Below are positions 11,511 through 24,500 of a stretch of 64,000 bases of DNA, one piece after another (position 1 is the first letter of the stretch; each line of letters starts with the position of its first letter). Below the pieces are notes generated by a model. It did not search any database. It was given only the letters and a program-made list of their open reading frames with translations, and was not told the origin of the DNA. Origin of the DNA: Balanoglossus misakiensis. Its lineage: Eukaryota; Animalia; Hemichordata. Made by a program: the position numbers and the translations under genes. The stretch spans positions 856,613 through 920,612 of the forward strand of contig CM082588.2 of assembly GCA_040954595.2 (NCBI GenBank). The letters are read 5' to 3'.

Positions 11511-14500
11511 CTATTTTGGTCCAGTAAAATGACTCTCAAAAGTTTGCAAACATTTGTAGTGATCCTTGTCAACCTTGTTGCATGTCTTGTCACCCCATTC
11601 TGTCAGTGCCAAGCTCAGTGAAGTTTCAAACATGAATGCCTGCAAGACAGAAAGGCAGATGAGTTTTCTTTGCATGTCCTGTCAAAATCGTGGCAAACTG
11701 TTTCAATTAATGAATAAAGTCACTGATTTATCCTATTCAGAAATTGCATTACTTGTATTTTGTCATTACAGTATTGCTTATGGTTCTCAAAATCATGCTG
11801 ATATACAGTACCATGGTGCCAACTGCAACCTTGTATGGTTTGGTGTTAAAATCACTGTTTTCATCGGAGGCCTTCAGAAAGCGGTCATGAGATAATCCAT
11901 GTGCTGTCATTGTACCATATAAAAGTGCACCACCTGGGGAAAGAACTGTTCCCTGGTAAAAAAAAAATTAAATAGAAAATTAGATGCCTGATTTATCGTG
12001 ATTCATAATCATGGGTTTATTGTTTTATGTATATGCACTCTCCATAGCTATAAATTTCCAAACTGAGATACTGTCAACTGCAAATATTTATTTGAAAATT
12101 ATAAAGTCCAATATACCATATATTCAAAAAGCAGATATCTGAAGTTACTTACTTTATTTCCATCTGGCTGTCTGATAGTCCCTACAAATTCACTCGCACA
12201 ATTCCCTGTATGTACATACACACACAAAAGAAATTATCCATTCCAGGTTTCCATAATCCAAATTTAAAACACCATAAACCTACAATCTGGTATTCCTGAG
12301 GGAAAATTGGTAAACTGCATCATTGATCGATAAATCACTTTTTACATGGTTCCTGCACTGTGGTCTGAATCATGGAGTGATTGACATCTGATCTCCTCAA
12401 TATCTGTTGTTTGAGGCTTACATGTAATTTTAAATTCTATGAAGATGCTACAATGTATCAGTTCAGCATATGCTGGTACTCACTGTGATAGTATGGTATT
12501 TTCAAGGTGTGTTCCTGCACAACCCATCTGGATGGCAGCAGTAAATAGTCTGCAATAGGAACTCCAGGTTTGGAAGATTTGCAAGTCAACAAACATAAGA
12601 TGGATGGATCCTTTCATGTGAACAGAAAAAATAGAGAAATGACTTTTTATCATAACTTAATTACACGAATTAGGTCTTTACTGAAAATTTAAGGCAGTCA
12701 CCAATCAGATCTATATTGAATGTATTCCATTGGAGGGGTTTTATCACCAAAAAAACCCTAATGGAAACATAAATCGTAGATCAAGGTTTATAATTACAGC
12801 ATTATAGCCTGCTGATCATGTTGTTTTGTAGGAATATTTGAGAACTTACCGCATGGTCAAACTTTGTTGCATCGATTATCATAAAGTTGTCAAGATGATA
12901 CTTGTATGGGACATAATTACCATGCCAGGCAACCACATCAAATGGCGAATGGCCCTGAAAATAACATAGCACATTTGTCAATTTTATTTTCAGGTACTTT
13001 GGAAATGACTCTGTCCAGTAGAAGTGGCTGAATTATATTCTGGGACAAAGATATTAACATGAATTATTTGCATACCTGTTTGGCTGTAAACAGTTTGCCC
13101 TGGTATTTGCTGATGATGGTGTATTCATCCACTGTTCTATCTTCATACCACGCCACTGGTGTCAGGAAATCCCTGGGATTGGCCAGACCATTGGCACCTG
13201 CAAATCAGTACTACACTAATAACATACTTACATATATACTCTCACTGATATATTTTGCAATTGTTATGGAAATTTAAGAAGGGTTCTGAGAACATCAGCA
13301 TTGGTGTTTCAACATCAAAAATGTACAATTATTAAAAGCTTACCAATAGGGCCAAGGTTGGGAAGTTCAAAATGGCCATCATAGACCTCCAATATATAGC
13401 CTCTGGAGGGCTCACTAACATCAATACTGTATCTCATTCCTTGCTGTGTTAAATGAATGAATGAAGGATATAATCAGAACTTTTTATCGCCTATTTTAAA
13501 AATAGCACCAAAGACACTGTGCTCTCATATTTGACATCCAAGTGTGCCACACTTTATCAAGTTTATTTGGTCTATTATACTGATAAATTACCAACACAAA
13601 CTTACTCCACCAGGTTCAAAGCAAACAAAAAGATCGACCAACCTGAATGACACAGATTTCCATTGGTTCTACAGTCATCTTGCCATATTCCGTTGTGATC
13701 TTCAGAGTTCCTTGTTGCGGAACTGAAAAGAGATGGAATCATGTTTGATATTAATCCCATAATGTTGCTTATCTAGTTGAGATCACTATTCACTTAACAA
13801 TTCTTGATCTTTCTCACCAATCAAGAAATCTCCATCTGAATTGTAGAAACTTTTATCCCCCATGGGAACATTGCAGGCATAGATGTGGATAGCAGCGCCA
13901 TGACGACCGCAGGGATCACCCGCCCCACACAGTGTATTCAATCCCTGCCAACAGCAAAGAATCAGTAAATGTAAAGATGGCACTTAAATCTACAAATATT
14001 GGTCGTGACAGGGTTGTGTTCATCAGTCTACAGCATCTTTGTACAAGCATTTAAAATAATCGTTGATGACACAATATTAAATCTTGTCAATTTTGAAAAA
14101 AATACAATGTTATTGGGAAATGAAAGTGTACTTGATAAAATCTTACCTCCACAAAATCAACTTTGTTACCATCTTGAGGAAAATCAAATGGTTTCCATCG
14201 CATCTATATGGAGAGATTGATAGGAAAATTACCCCCTGTGCTCGGGCCGATAAACCCATGTATTCTGTACACATCTTGCAGCTATGATACTTGGAGCATT
14301 AAGTAAAGAAAGGAACTTTTTGATCTCACCAGGTTTGGATTTGGATGGTGATTCTTCCAATCATCTCGCAATCCACCATTATCAGCTTTACTAAATGGAG
14401 AATGATTGATAGCTGGTCGAATACGATAGAACCATGTTCTTCTATTGGTTTCCCTCGGACATGTAAACGCACTCCCAGATAACTGTTCAGCATATAGTCC

Positions 14501-15057
14501 ATACGGGCATTTTATTGGGTTGTTCTGAAAAACAGTTGTAAAAAAAGTATTATTGCAAGAGTGTTTTGGTCAAAAGAATACTTAACACAAAATGGAAAAG
14601 AAAGTTAGAATTGCTGACTCCGACCAACAAACATGTTTGTAATTTAGGTCACACAAAAGGGTCATTAAGTCAATTTGGAGTATGACAAAAGGTCCTTACA
14701 GTAACACTTTCACCACCATGGTTGATCAGTCCTTATCCATTGTTTTCTATGGTAAAGTTGGACCTCAATAGAGGGAACTGGGAGTGACAGCGTTAATTTG
14801 ACAGAAAAGGAAAAGAGTTATCACCTGTCCCTTTGGTAGTGAATCAGGACACCTTGGGTCTTCACTTGCAAACTCATTGTTGAAACCGCTTAGATATTTC
14901 AGCTTTAAAAAATATAAACAGAAACATCATAGAACTACAAAGTACATGTACAATTGTACTTAATATGTTGCACACCACTATGTATACTGTGACATGAAGT
15001 TCTATAATATGATTCCGTTTTTAGTGTAGATCACTGCGATATACTTACCCCGTCCAT
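11511..15057 (-). CDS. Divergent homogentisate 1,2-dioxygenase paralog (HGD-B), 13 coding exons, ~440 aa, intact frame
   Basis: MDG|[26 protein letters not shown]|...|[42 protein letters not shown]|[18 protein letters not shown]|[27 protein letters not shown]...|AFMFETSL...SHFTGPK*. Same exon structure and phases as HGD-A, with no stop or frameshift found. ATG 15055-15057, TAG 11511-11513. Confidence 0.92.
14705..14792. mobile_element. Degenerate copy of the ~85-bp TTAA-flanked MITE, in HGD-B intron 2
   Basis: CACTTTCACCACCATGGTT...TTCTATGGTAAAGTTGGACCTC...GGGAACTGGGAGTGACAGCG-TTAA aligns with the copy at 43414-43498. Confidence 0.75.
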
Positions 15058-15838
15058 TACTTTGACGTCTTGGTGCCGACCTAGATCTAACCTGCAAAAG
15101 TCTGGGTTTTCTTTTCACTTTTACAGTCTACGTGTTTTGCATTTGCTCAAGTGTGAAAACTGGACCGGCTCAACACTAGAACATATGACCCCTGGATCGG
15201 ACAATACTATATATATGTACATATAAAGGGCGGCATTAGCATGTCGAAGAATAGACAGTCTATTGTAAAAAGTCATTGATGGGCATGTCAGGAGACGCAT
15301 GGCATTGAGACAGATTGATCATAGGCCCTGGGTTATTTTGCCCCAGTTTTGTATTGCATCTAGGGCTAGGGTGGCCAGTGCTAGTTTATCCAACTTTTGC
15401 TGACATTGCGTTCGAGATTGTGTCCACCCAAAGGGGTGTGTTCAACTTTTTGAGCATAACTTGCACACTCAATCATTTGGATGCATGCTATCAAAACATC
15501 AACATTACATGACAGAAAATACCCAAAGACGACAGCATCTGAACTATTGCCTTTGGCAACCAACAACTCCATTCAAAAATAAACAAGGACCACCAATAGA
15601 GAGTTTTTGAGTTTTATTTATATTATTTCTGAATGAGTGGACAATGCACCACTTTGAAGACAATTCTGTCAACTGAATGATTCTTACAAACACAGTTAAA
15701 CTGACAAGATATCCATGATACTCTCACAATGTTTTATTGCACAAAAACTTCAGCATGGAAACTTTTGATAAACAAAGTCTGCAACACAGAAAAAAAAACA
15801 CTGTGAAAAGAATGGAAGCTTTTCTCCTGTTATTTATT

Positions 15839-18800
15839 TTAATTCGTCATGACAATTTTTCCAGTCACCGAATGGTTAAGCAGCTGATATAAATCACACA
15901 CTTTTTCTATAGGGACAGTTTGACTGATCATTGGCCTGTAGAAGAAAAAAAAGGAAAATGTTAATATAAAAAAATACATTTTACGAAAGTTCAGCAGTAC
16001 AAACATGCACAAGATGATTTTCCACTTGAAGCTCATACATGTATATTGAATGTTGGTTTACTCAATAGTTAATCATTGGTTATTACTTACTTTAAAGTTC
16101 CATTAGCTATTTTATTGACAATGTCTTTCATAATATCTATGAAAACGGTTAAGGAAAGTGATGGATTTAATGCACAGCTGCAATTTAGAAAACAAATCTC
16201 TCACTGATGCACCATATGGCGAGAGGGGCTGTGTGAGAGAGTCTAGATAGAACAGTTGCAGACACACAAGTACTAGTTTGAAACATGTCTCATTTATATA
16301 AGGATACGTAGATATCTTCCTTGTTGTCCGGACGACAGAGTCCAAAATGAATCAAACAGAAAACTCAAGCTAGCTCCTTTGTAGAACAATAGTTGGGAAT
16401 CAGGTGGATCCAGCTGTGAGAGAAAACAATTCGGATTATAACTTTGGCTCAGCTATACATGGTCATAGCATCACAGGCATCACAATTGTATTGAAGTGTC
16501 CAAGTCAATGTTAATTGGCCTTACAGAATTATTTCTATCAAGCCACACCAATTTACCTGTAAATTATGCTGTGATGTCACCCATCGTCCACCAACAGCTA
16601 AGCTCATGATCAACTCATGTTTGCTGGGATTACGATTTTTTGTTTGTTTCTTTGTCGGACTTTGTAAACTGCCATCGTCTTCTTCAGTTGGATACATATT
16701 TACTGCAAAGTATAAACTGAAATTGCTTAGCCACAGTAGCTAGGATCACACAGATGTCAAGGGCAGGCTTCATATGGTAAACACCTCATATTCATGTTAT
16801 GAGCACGACCCTGCATATGAACACTTATATGCAGGTGTATGTATGCATGTATCAGCAAGTACTTGTACCATTATTGGCTTCCAAAACACAACAAGTAAAT
16901 CAACAACTTACCACCATTATCAATGATGATGTCGACTCCTAGACCACCAGTCTCCTCCAAACAACTGTTCATAAGTGTATTTTTCTTTCCTCCGCTAATG
17001 TCAATCACATGTGCTGCAAAGAGAATCATGTTCATGATTTGATGTAAATTAAAAAAACAACAGTGATTCAAAGTGAATTCTGTCTTATTATTAAAGACTA
17101 ACAAGTCCATGCACTTTGTTGGAAGGTGCTTTTCAAAATCTGGATCATAACCTACCCAGTTCAGGTTTAATTCTCTCCAAATATAGTTTTTCCTCTTGAG
17201 AGGTAGCCGTGGCAATGACCTTTGCTCCCCATAACTGGGCTAGCTGTATAAGTATTTGACCTGCAGACTAGATGGAGAGTGGATAGTGGTCAGCAATATC
17301 AGAATATTTGGGGGATTCCAATCTGGCAAGGGGGAATGCGAGTGACATCATTTTACTTACATTAGCTGCATCTATTACAAGCAAAGTTTCACCAGCAGTA
17401 AGTCGTGCCAAGTACTGCAATGCTGTATATGCCCTGACACCATCTCCTATACAAGCTGCTGCTTCTGGGAACGTCACCCTGGCTGGTTTGACAACTGAAG
17501 AAATCAAGACATTATGAAATTACTCCGAGAAACCAATACTAGCTGTTTAACATTTATGGTACATTACACAGACCCTCCTTCAGAGACTTTCTTGAAATGT
17601 ATATCAGTGTGGACACAGACAAAATCTAGAAAGGATTTTTGGCCATTGCCAGGAACTACTTGAAGATAGATTGTTTGAATAAGACACTGACTCAATACTC
17701 ACTGATATTGCATTCATTGATAACACAGAGATCAGCACATCCTGAACATTCTGTATCTAATGGCAACACGCCAACAACTTCATCACCGACTTGAACTTTT
17801 GTAACTCCAGAACCAACTGAAATGAGATTAAGAAAGAACTGATGTGATATATCTGTTTGTTGCCTTATTGTTTGCCACTGTCTGAAGGTGTGTATCTGAA
17901 TAAAAAGAGAAACGTTCTATGAATAACACAATTTTTGTATCATATTCATATATTTCCTGTTGATATTCTTACCTTGTACAACTATTCCTGAGATTTCTCT
18001 GCCAAAAGGATAACTGCCTTTGTGAATATTCAAATCTTTTGACATCTAAAAACAAGAGAATAAAAAGTTATGTTAGACATGCATAAAGAAATGGATTTTC
18101 TTGGCATTCTTGCAAATTTTGTGTGATGATGTACATGTATATGTTTCAGTGACATAAAATCCTGAATATTTGGTACCCAGGGGGAAAACTTACCTGCAAG
18201 TTAAAAGTTGCCAAACCACATGCTTTAATCTGTATCATAACAGAACTGTTGTCTGTCATTTGTGGAGGAGCTGCCTGGAAAAAAAATAGCAATACACAGA
18301 ATTGTAAAATTAGATTTGGATATACAAAGAAACTAAAGGCCAAAATATATCCTATTGTTACTTTTATAGGTTTGTGTGTGGATGCATTCCCCATAGAAAA
18401 GCAGGCAAAACCTCTAGCTGTGGTTCTGCAGCTAGATTTCATTAATATTCAAATGATTGACAGTTATATTCAAATATAATTAACAACCCACCAATCACAG
18501 GCCCTCCAACCACAATACAGGTGTAAGTGTTGATTGCAAGGGTCATTCATATTCAAATGATTGACAGTTATATTTAAATATAATTAACAACCAACCAATC
18601 ACAGTCCTCCAACCACACTACAGGTGTAAGTGTTAATTGCATGGGTTTATTCTCATTCAGTGGCAAAACGGTAAACAGTTATATTCAAGTTAAGTTTCAG
18701 CCCACCAATCATAGTCTCTCCAACCATCATCATATATATAAGTGTTAATGACAAAACGGTTAACCGTTATATTTATGTAAACAAAACTGACTTACGTTCT

Positions 18801-18861
18801 GTTCAAGAATACACAGTGTATCGCCGGTCTGCACGGACGCCTGCACGCAGACTGTCCTCAT
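15839..18861 (-). CDS. CRYZL1: Quinone oxidoreductase-like protein 1 (zeta-crystallin-like 1)
   Basis: Exons translate MRTVCVQ...|...QIKACGL...|[10 protein letters not shown]|[21 protein letters not shown]...|[27 protein letters not shown]...IDAAN|[21 protein letters not shown]...|[17 protein letters not shown]|...[15 protein letters not shown]|[20 protein letters not shown]...GRYL|HIMKDIV...|PMISQTVP...GKIVMTN*. These are CRYZL1-type motifs, and the gene is head-to-head with intersectin as in vertebrates. Confidence 0.93.
16137..16307 (-). other. U12-type (minor spliceosome) GT-AG intron in CRYZL1
   Basis: 5' splice site GTATCCTTA at 16307, branch point TTCCTTAAC (16148-16156) about 10 nt upstream of the AG; the reading frame is continuous across it (GRYL|HIMK). 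Confidence 0.9.
18447..18775. repeat. Tandem repeat, about three copies of a ~105-bp unit, in CRYZL1 intron 1
   Basis: ATTCAAATGATTGACAGTTATATTYAAATATAATTAACAACCMACCAATCACAG...CTCCAACCAC...CAGGTGTAAGTGTT recurs at ~18447 and ~18551, and in degenerate form at ~18655. Confidence 0.85.
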
Positions 18862-19581
18862 TTTACTTGTCAATGCTTTTACAATAGACAGGTTGATCTC
18901 AAAATTCAATATTTACTGCTTGATGTAGCAGGTACTCTGTAAACAACAACATCAACACCTGAAGACTGATTCAAGGTCACCGCAGGACAAGGGACACATC
19001 CCACTTCCTAATACCCCACAATGCAACTCGGTAAATAAAGATGGTTTCCGGCGACAGCGTGTGTAAAACAAAACCACTGATTGGCCATTGTTGAAGACAG
19101 AATTTGGCCAATTATTTCATAAATTGTCTTCTTTGTGCACAACCAAGTTTAATAAAACAGCAAAGCTAATGTCGAGATATACACTACATGTATATAATCA
19201 TCATTTTTCCAACATATCTCACTGTCACGTCACTGAAAGTTATGTGAACTACCTAATACCACTCGACCAATCAGAAAGGACGTTGTAACTAGTAAAACGT
19301 GATCCGTGAAATGACCACCAGAGATAGGACATAACTCTGTCGAGTGGAGAGGAGGTCTTGAAATAGCCGTCTTTCTCGGCGAACTTTTAAACATCGGTTT
19401 ACTGTATCCCCTCTCTTTATACTAAACCGACTACAGAAGGGTGTGAAATACACGGAGGCCATTTTAGTGATCCCCGACAGTTTTATTAAAGTCACGTTGA
19501 GTGAAGAGGCGTATACAAAGATGGCCACTGGCTTCTAACACCAGGATTGCTTTACCGATTAATCGGGCGGAGTATTATAAG
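18862..19581. promoter_or_regulatory. Divergent (bidirectional) promoter region CRYZL1/intersectin, including the likely non-coding first exon of intersectin
   Basis: Head-to-head arrangement. ETS-like CACTTCCT/TTTCCGG, CCAAT boxes and YY1-like AAGATGGC/GGCCATTTT motifs; strong + strand donor AAG|GTAAGT at 19581/19582. Confidence 0.6.
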
Positions 19582-21549
19582 GTAAGTGTTTTTATGCTTC
19601 TACGAGACATGTTTGCATGCATATTCTTATATCATTTCTAATTACTGCAAAGGGAGTAATATAGATGCATACGATCGTGTGTGATCGAGAATAGTGCACT
19701 GCAGAACGTGTGTTACGCCCATCATGTCTCTTGGCCGGTGTACTAAATCAAGCGTAGCATTGTACTACCATACTATGAGTAATAACATATGTATGGCAAT
19801 GATAGTGATACTAAACTTGCTTGCCATGGAATTCAGTGAGTGATAGACAATGTAAACATTGATAATTAGAACTATTCTTCATGCAGAGTATATCTCCCAC
19901 AACCCCTCTCTACATCATCACCATGCATCATCATTACTGCAGTATTTTTTACTGAAAATGTTCTATAAATGGTTTCTTTTTCTCGTACACTCCCATAGTC
20001 CTCTTATCTGGTTCCGGTGGGTGTTTCAGTACTTGACAGTTGTGATATGAAACATGCATCAATCACGATCACTTTTATCCACTAAGAGCACAGGCCTGAG
20101 ATTCAATGTAGATTTCAATTAATAAATTTTATTAGATCTGTTAAATTCAATGCAGCAAGACAGATTATATAACTCATACATCTGATACATTTACTGTGGC
20201 TAATTATGTCATTTTCATTAGAGTACCATCAGCGTCTATTGATTTCCAATAAAAGTTGTATGAGCTCGAGTCACGTTCGTTACAGTTGTATAATTATGTC
20301 GTCATCATTTCATACAATTGCCATGTCTAATTACATTTCAGGTTTTATGTAATATTCAGAGATCAGAGATTTCTTTGTATTGATCTAACTGCACCATCGC
20401 TAATTATTATGATATTATGATAGTGTATAGTATCTTGCATTCACTGGTCAACATTTCATTTCAATTGATGTAGAAAGCCAACAGTGGCTGTGACAGATGC
20501 AGTAAAGCAGTCATGTGAATTGTAGGTCAATGGGTCATTTAAAGCTACATAAAGTGAAACTGCTGATTTGACCCTATCAGTTTCTGTCACGACAGCTGTG
20601 ACAAAACATATTAAAAATAATGCAGCGTGAGTCAAGGATTAAATAAAGAGTTCAATTTTATTGAGAGCTAGGAAGCTGTCAGATTTAGGCCATATTAATG
20701 AAATTCTGTGTTTTACTTCCATTCATGGATGGGTGGGTATAAACAAAGACAGTATGATCTCAGTCATCTACATGTGTGCCAGTGGTTCATACAATTACAA
20801 TTAAGTAGATAACCTTGTTTAAATGATGTAAGATTACATTATTTGGTTCCTGTTTTGCAAATTGCTGGAATCCAGCTCGTGATGTTGTAGATATGAAATG
20901 TTCGGCACACCTTGTTGTATTGCCAGTGTTTGTTCAGTACAGTATGCTCTGGGTCATATAGTCGTTTTGCAGTTTTCTCATTCTTCTCTGTAAATATTAA
21001 AACTCCTCTCTAGAGAATATCAGAGAATGTTTTGGTTTTTCAATTGAATTATGAATAACCATAATAATTCTCTGTGTGGTAGAACGTGAGGTCCACATGG
21101 GTTTTTCAATTCAGAATTCAATGAGAAAGGTTATTACAGAGTTTCCAGACTGATGATTAAAATGATAACAAAAATTTCCAGGATGTTAGGTCGTGGAGAG
21201 GTCATGCTAAGGGTACGTCATATTGTAACTGAGCCAATGGAACTAATAGAAGTTAAATTACACAGAAGATTATGTTATCCGATAACAATGTTCGTGACAT
21301 CAGAAGCTGATGGATACAACTAACTGAATTCCACTGTACCAGACAGCTTAGATATAGTTCACTGATTTTCATGCAAGCTTACGTGTAGCTTTGGTCTATT
21401 TGGTCTATCGTTCGGTCAAAACACTACTCAATGTTTTATCCAACAATCAAGTTTGTGGCTGTTGGCCACATTAGGAATTTAGTGTAATCAGTTATTACAT
21501 TTTTTCAACAGAAATATCAGCATAAAGTGATAACAGATCAAACATTACC

Positions 21550-24500
21550 ATGGCACAGTTTCCGGGATCACCACAAAGTAAGTCAGTTTCACCCTTCTAC
21601 ACCGCTTTCTTCAAATTGTGATCTAGAAGACTAGCTAATGCTGTATAAGTAAGCTTCACCGTTGCTAACATTTTGGTCAAATTTGCCCATTACAGCGTGG
21701 AGAATCACTTCTGAAGACAGAGCAAAACATGACAACATGTTCTTCCCTCTTCGTCCGGTGGGTGGCTATATTACTGGTAAGTGAATAAGTATGCTCATTT
21801 TATCCTTTCATTCTCCTATAGCCAGATAAATAGAAGAGTTGTCTCCATAAACTGAATTTCATTTCATTTCACAGGTGACCAAGCCAAGGGTTTTTTCCTG
21901 CAGTCAGGCCTTCCCCCTGATGTTCTGGGCAAAATCTGGTAAGCATGTGAAATTTCCTCCAAGTGATACTAGCCATATTGAATGGGTTCAGAATATCCCA
22001 TTATTGTTCAAATAAAAAGAGTTGATTTGTGTAGTTCCATGCAATAATGTTAATTTATTAATTAGTGACTTTTGTTAACGTTTTGACTTTAGGACACTGG
22101 CCGACATGAATTCAGATGGCCGTATGGATAAGAAGGAATTCTCCATCGCAATGTTCTTGATCAAGAAAAAGTTAGAGGGAAACGAATTGCCCAGCACTCT
22201 GCCAGGTGGATTAAAAAGTGACCCAGTACCTGGTATGGGATCTTTTGGTACACAGCCTATTGGTGAGTGGGTTATTGTGTCATCTTTTCAGTTCGACAGT
22301 TTTTTTTTTTGTGTGTATGTGTGTGCCACACTCTGAGATGCAGACAAGATTTAGAAAGCTAAGAGAGATAACTGCATTTTTTATCAACAAACTGATTGTA
22401 AATTTATGGTAATATTTGCCTTCTATTATTTTATTTTTCTTCTTAGCTGGTTTCTCTTCAGGGATGCCCATGAACTCCTCATTAATGATGTCCTCTTTTC
22501 AACAGCCTAATTATTACAAACAACCTTGGACAGGTGCTTTTTATCGAATTTTTACATCACTTCCAATGTTGCCTCATGAGCATTTCACAAAGTCAAGTCA
22601 TGAACTCGCCAACACTGTCCTATTTCTGTCCACTTGTATATACATGTACAAAAGAAGGTTTCGTTCTATCAGACTTTACAATACCTTGTGAATTATGATA
22701 AAGATACTTGCTCCAGAGAGCTGACTCATACCTGTTTCTTGTTCTAGGACTTGTATTCATGGGTTTCGGTAACAGTGTTGTATACATGCACTCATCTCAT
22801 TTTCAGAGAGTTGGTCTTTCCTCTTTCCTGAGGTACACTGTACATCAACAAGTTGGTGCTGTCATATCAAGCATTTCGACAACACTTTGCATGATGCATA
22901 CACTTACTGACATGATTCATGTTTTAAAAATTAATTGTTCATTTCTTCCAGTGTTGTTGGAGCATGTTGTCATAGGAATATCACATACATTTACCAAGTA
23001 CAGTCAATTACACTGGTGTTGGTATTACATTGTTTACAAGGGCAATCATTTTTGTGGATTCATCATCACTACATATATACCATCAATGATAGTCACTTGA
23101 GTAATTCCCATTTTATTTAACTCTACTCAGCATCCAGGGGCTCTGTGATGCCGATGTCAGCACCATCTATGGGCCAAGCAGGGTTTGCAACTATGCCATC
23201 ATCATCCACTACGGCCATGCAACAAATGGCTCCAATGGGTAAGTTGAAAATATCTTGGTTAACCCCGTCACCCCCAGTTCCCTCTTTAGAGGTCCAGCCG
23301 TACCATAGATAACAATGGGTTTGGACTGAACCATGGTGGTGAAAGGGTTAAATGACTGAACTTGTACATTTCAGGTGGTATGAGTACATTGCCAGCCAAG
23401 TCTCCATTTGGTTCTGGAGTGGACACCCAGATGTCAAGGTCAGGAGCAGCATCTCCGCCTACAGTCAGGTATTTTAATAATTACTATTTATCATCACCCA
23501 TTTTTGCATGCATTTTCTGCTTGCCAGAATTGTAGACTTTTAATATGTGAGTGAGATAAATGTAGATATCTTTTTGAAATTTTGTGATTTCAGTTCAAGT
23601 GGAGAATGGGCAGTTCCCCAGCAGTCTAAGCTGAAATACAATCAACTGTTCAACACACATGATAGGATGAGAAGTGGATGGTTGTCTGGTGTACAGGCCA
23701 GGGGTGTGTTAGTGCAATCGGGTCTGCCACAGCCAGCATTAGCTCAAATCTGGTAAGTAACGCTATCTGAACTAGACTAGCTGTTCTGTCATACGTGTAG
23801 TTACTGTGAGATCATGACACCAGCTTTTCTGCACATCATGTATGACACCACTACTTTGGTTACAATTCACAGGACATTATCCGATATTGACAAAGATGGC
23901 AAATTGACAAGAGAAGAGTTTGTGTTAGCCATGCATTTGGTGGACATGGTCAAGTCTGGGAAACCGTTACCACAGACATTACCGCCGGATTTCATTCCGC
24001 CGTCATTCAGAAGAAAAATATCCGTTGGAGGAGGTGTTGGACCAGGGGCTGCTGTGGGGATGCCTCCTACCAGTACAAGTGGTGGGCTGGGTACCATGGG
24101 TGGGCTTGGTGCAATGGGTGCTATGGGTGGACTGGGTTCTATGGGTGGAATGGGTGGAGTGCAGCCTTTGGTGCCCATGTCTGGCTCACTTACAAAGCAA
24201 GGCAGCGTTGACAGTGTGGAATCAACTGGCAAAGAAGAGGAGATTAAGATCAGACCAAGTGAGTGCCTGTATCTTGGCAATATGCTTCATTAACATAATG
24301 GGTGGCAGAGTCTATTTCTGCAGAACCCTGGTTCCTCAGACGATCATAATACAACCAGAATAATTTGAAAGCAAAAGACTAAGTTGGTTGTTGTCTTGCT
24401 TTCTTGACAGTGTCCCTGGAAGAAAAGAAGAAGCAGAATTTCGACAGAGGTCAACAAGAGTTAGAAAGAAGACGAGCATTACTACTCCAAGAACAACAGA

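Noticed and set aside
11511-15057. HGD-B as a pseudogene or a haplotig duplicate of HGD-A
   Set aside because: All exons are in frame with intact splice sites and metal ligands, and most introns do not align with HGD-A, which rules out a simple allelic duplicate.
18447-18775. CRISPR-like array (also considered for 35744-35800 and 53505-53785)
   Set aside because: Eukaryotic context, degenerate tandem units without unique spacers, no cas genes.
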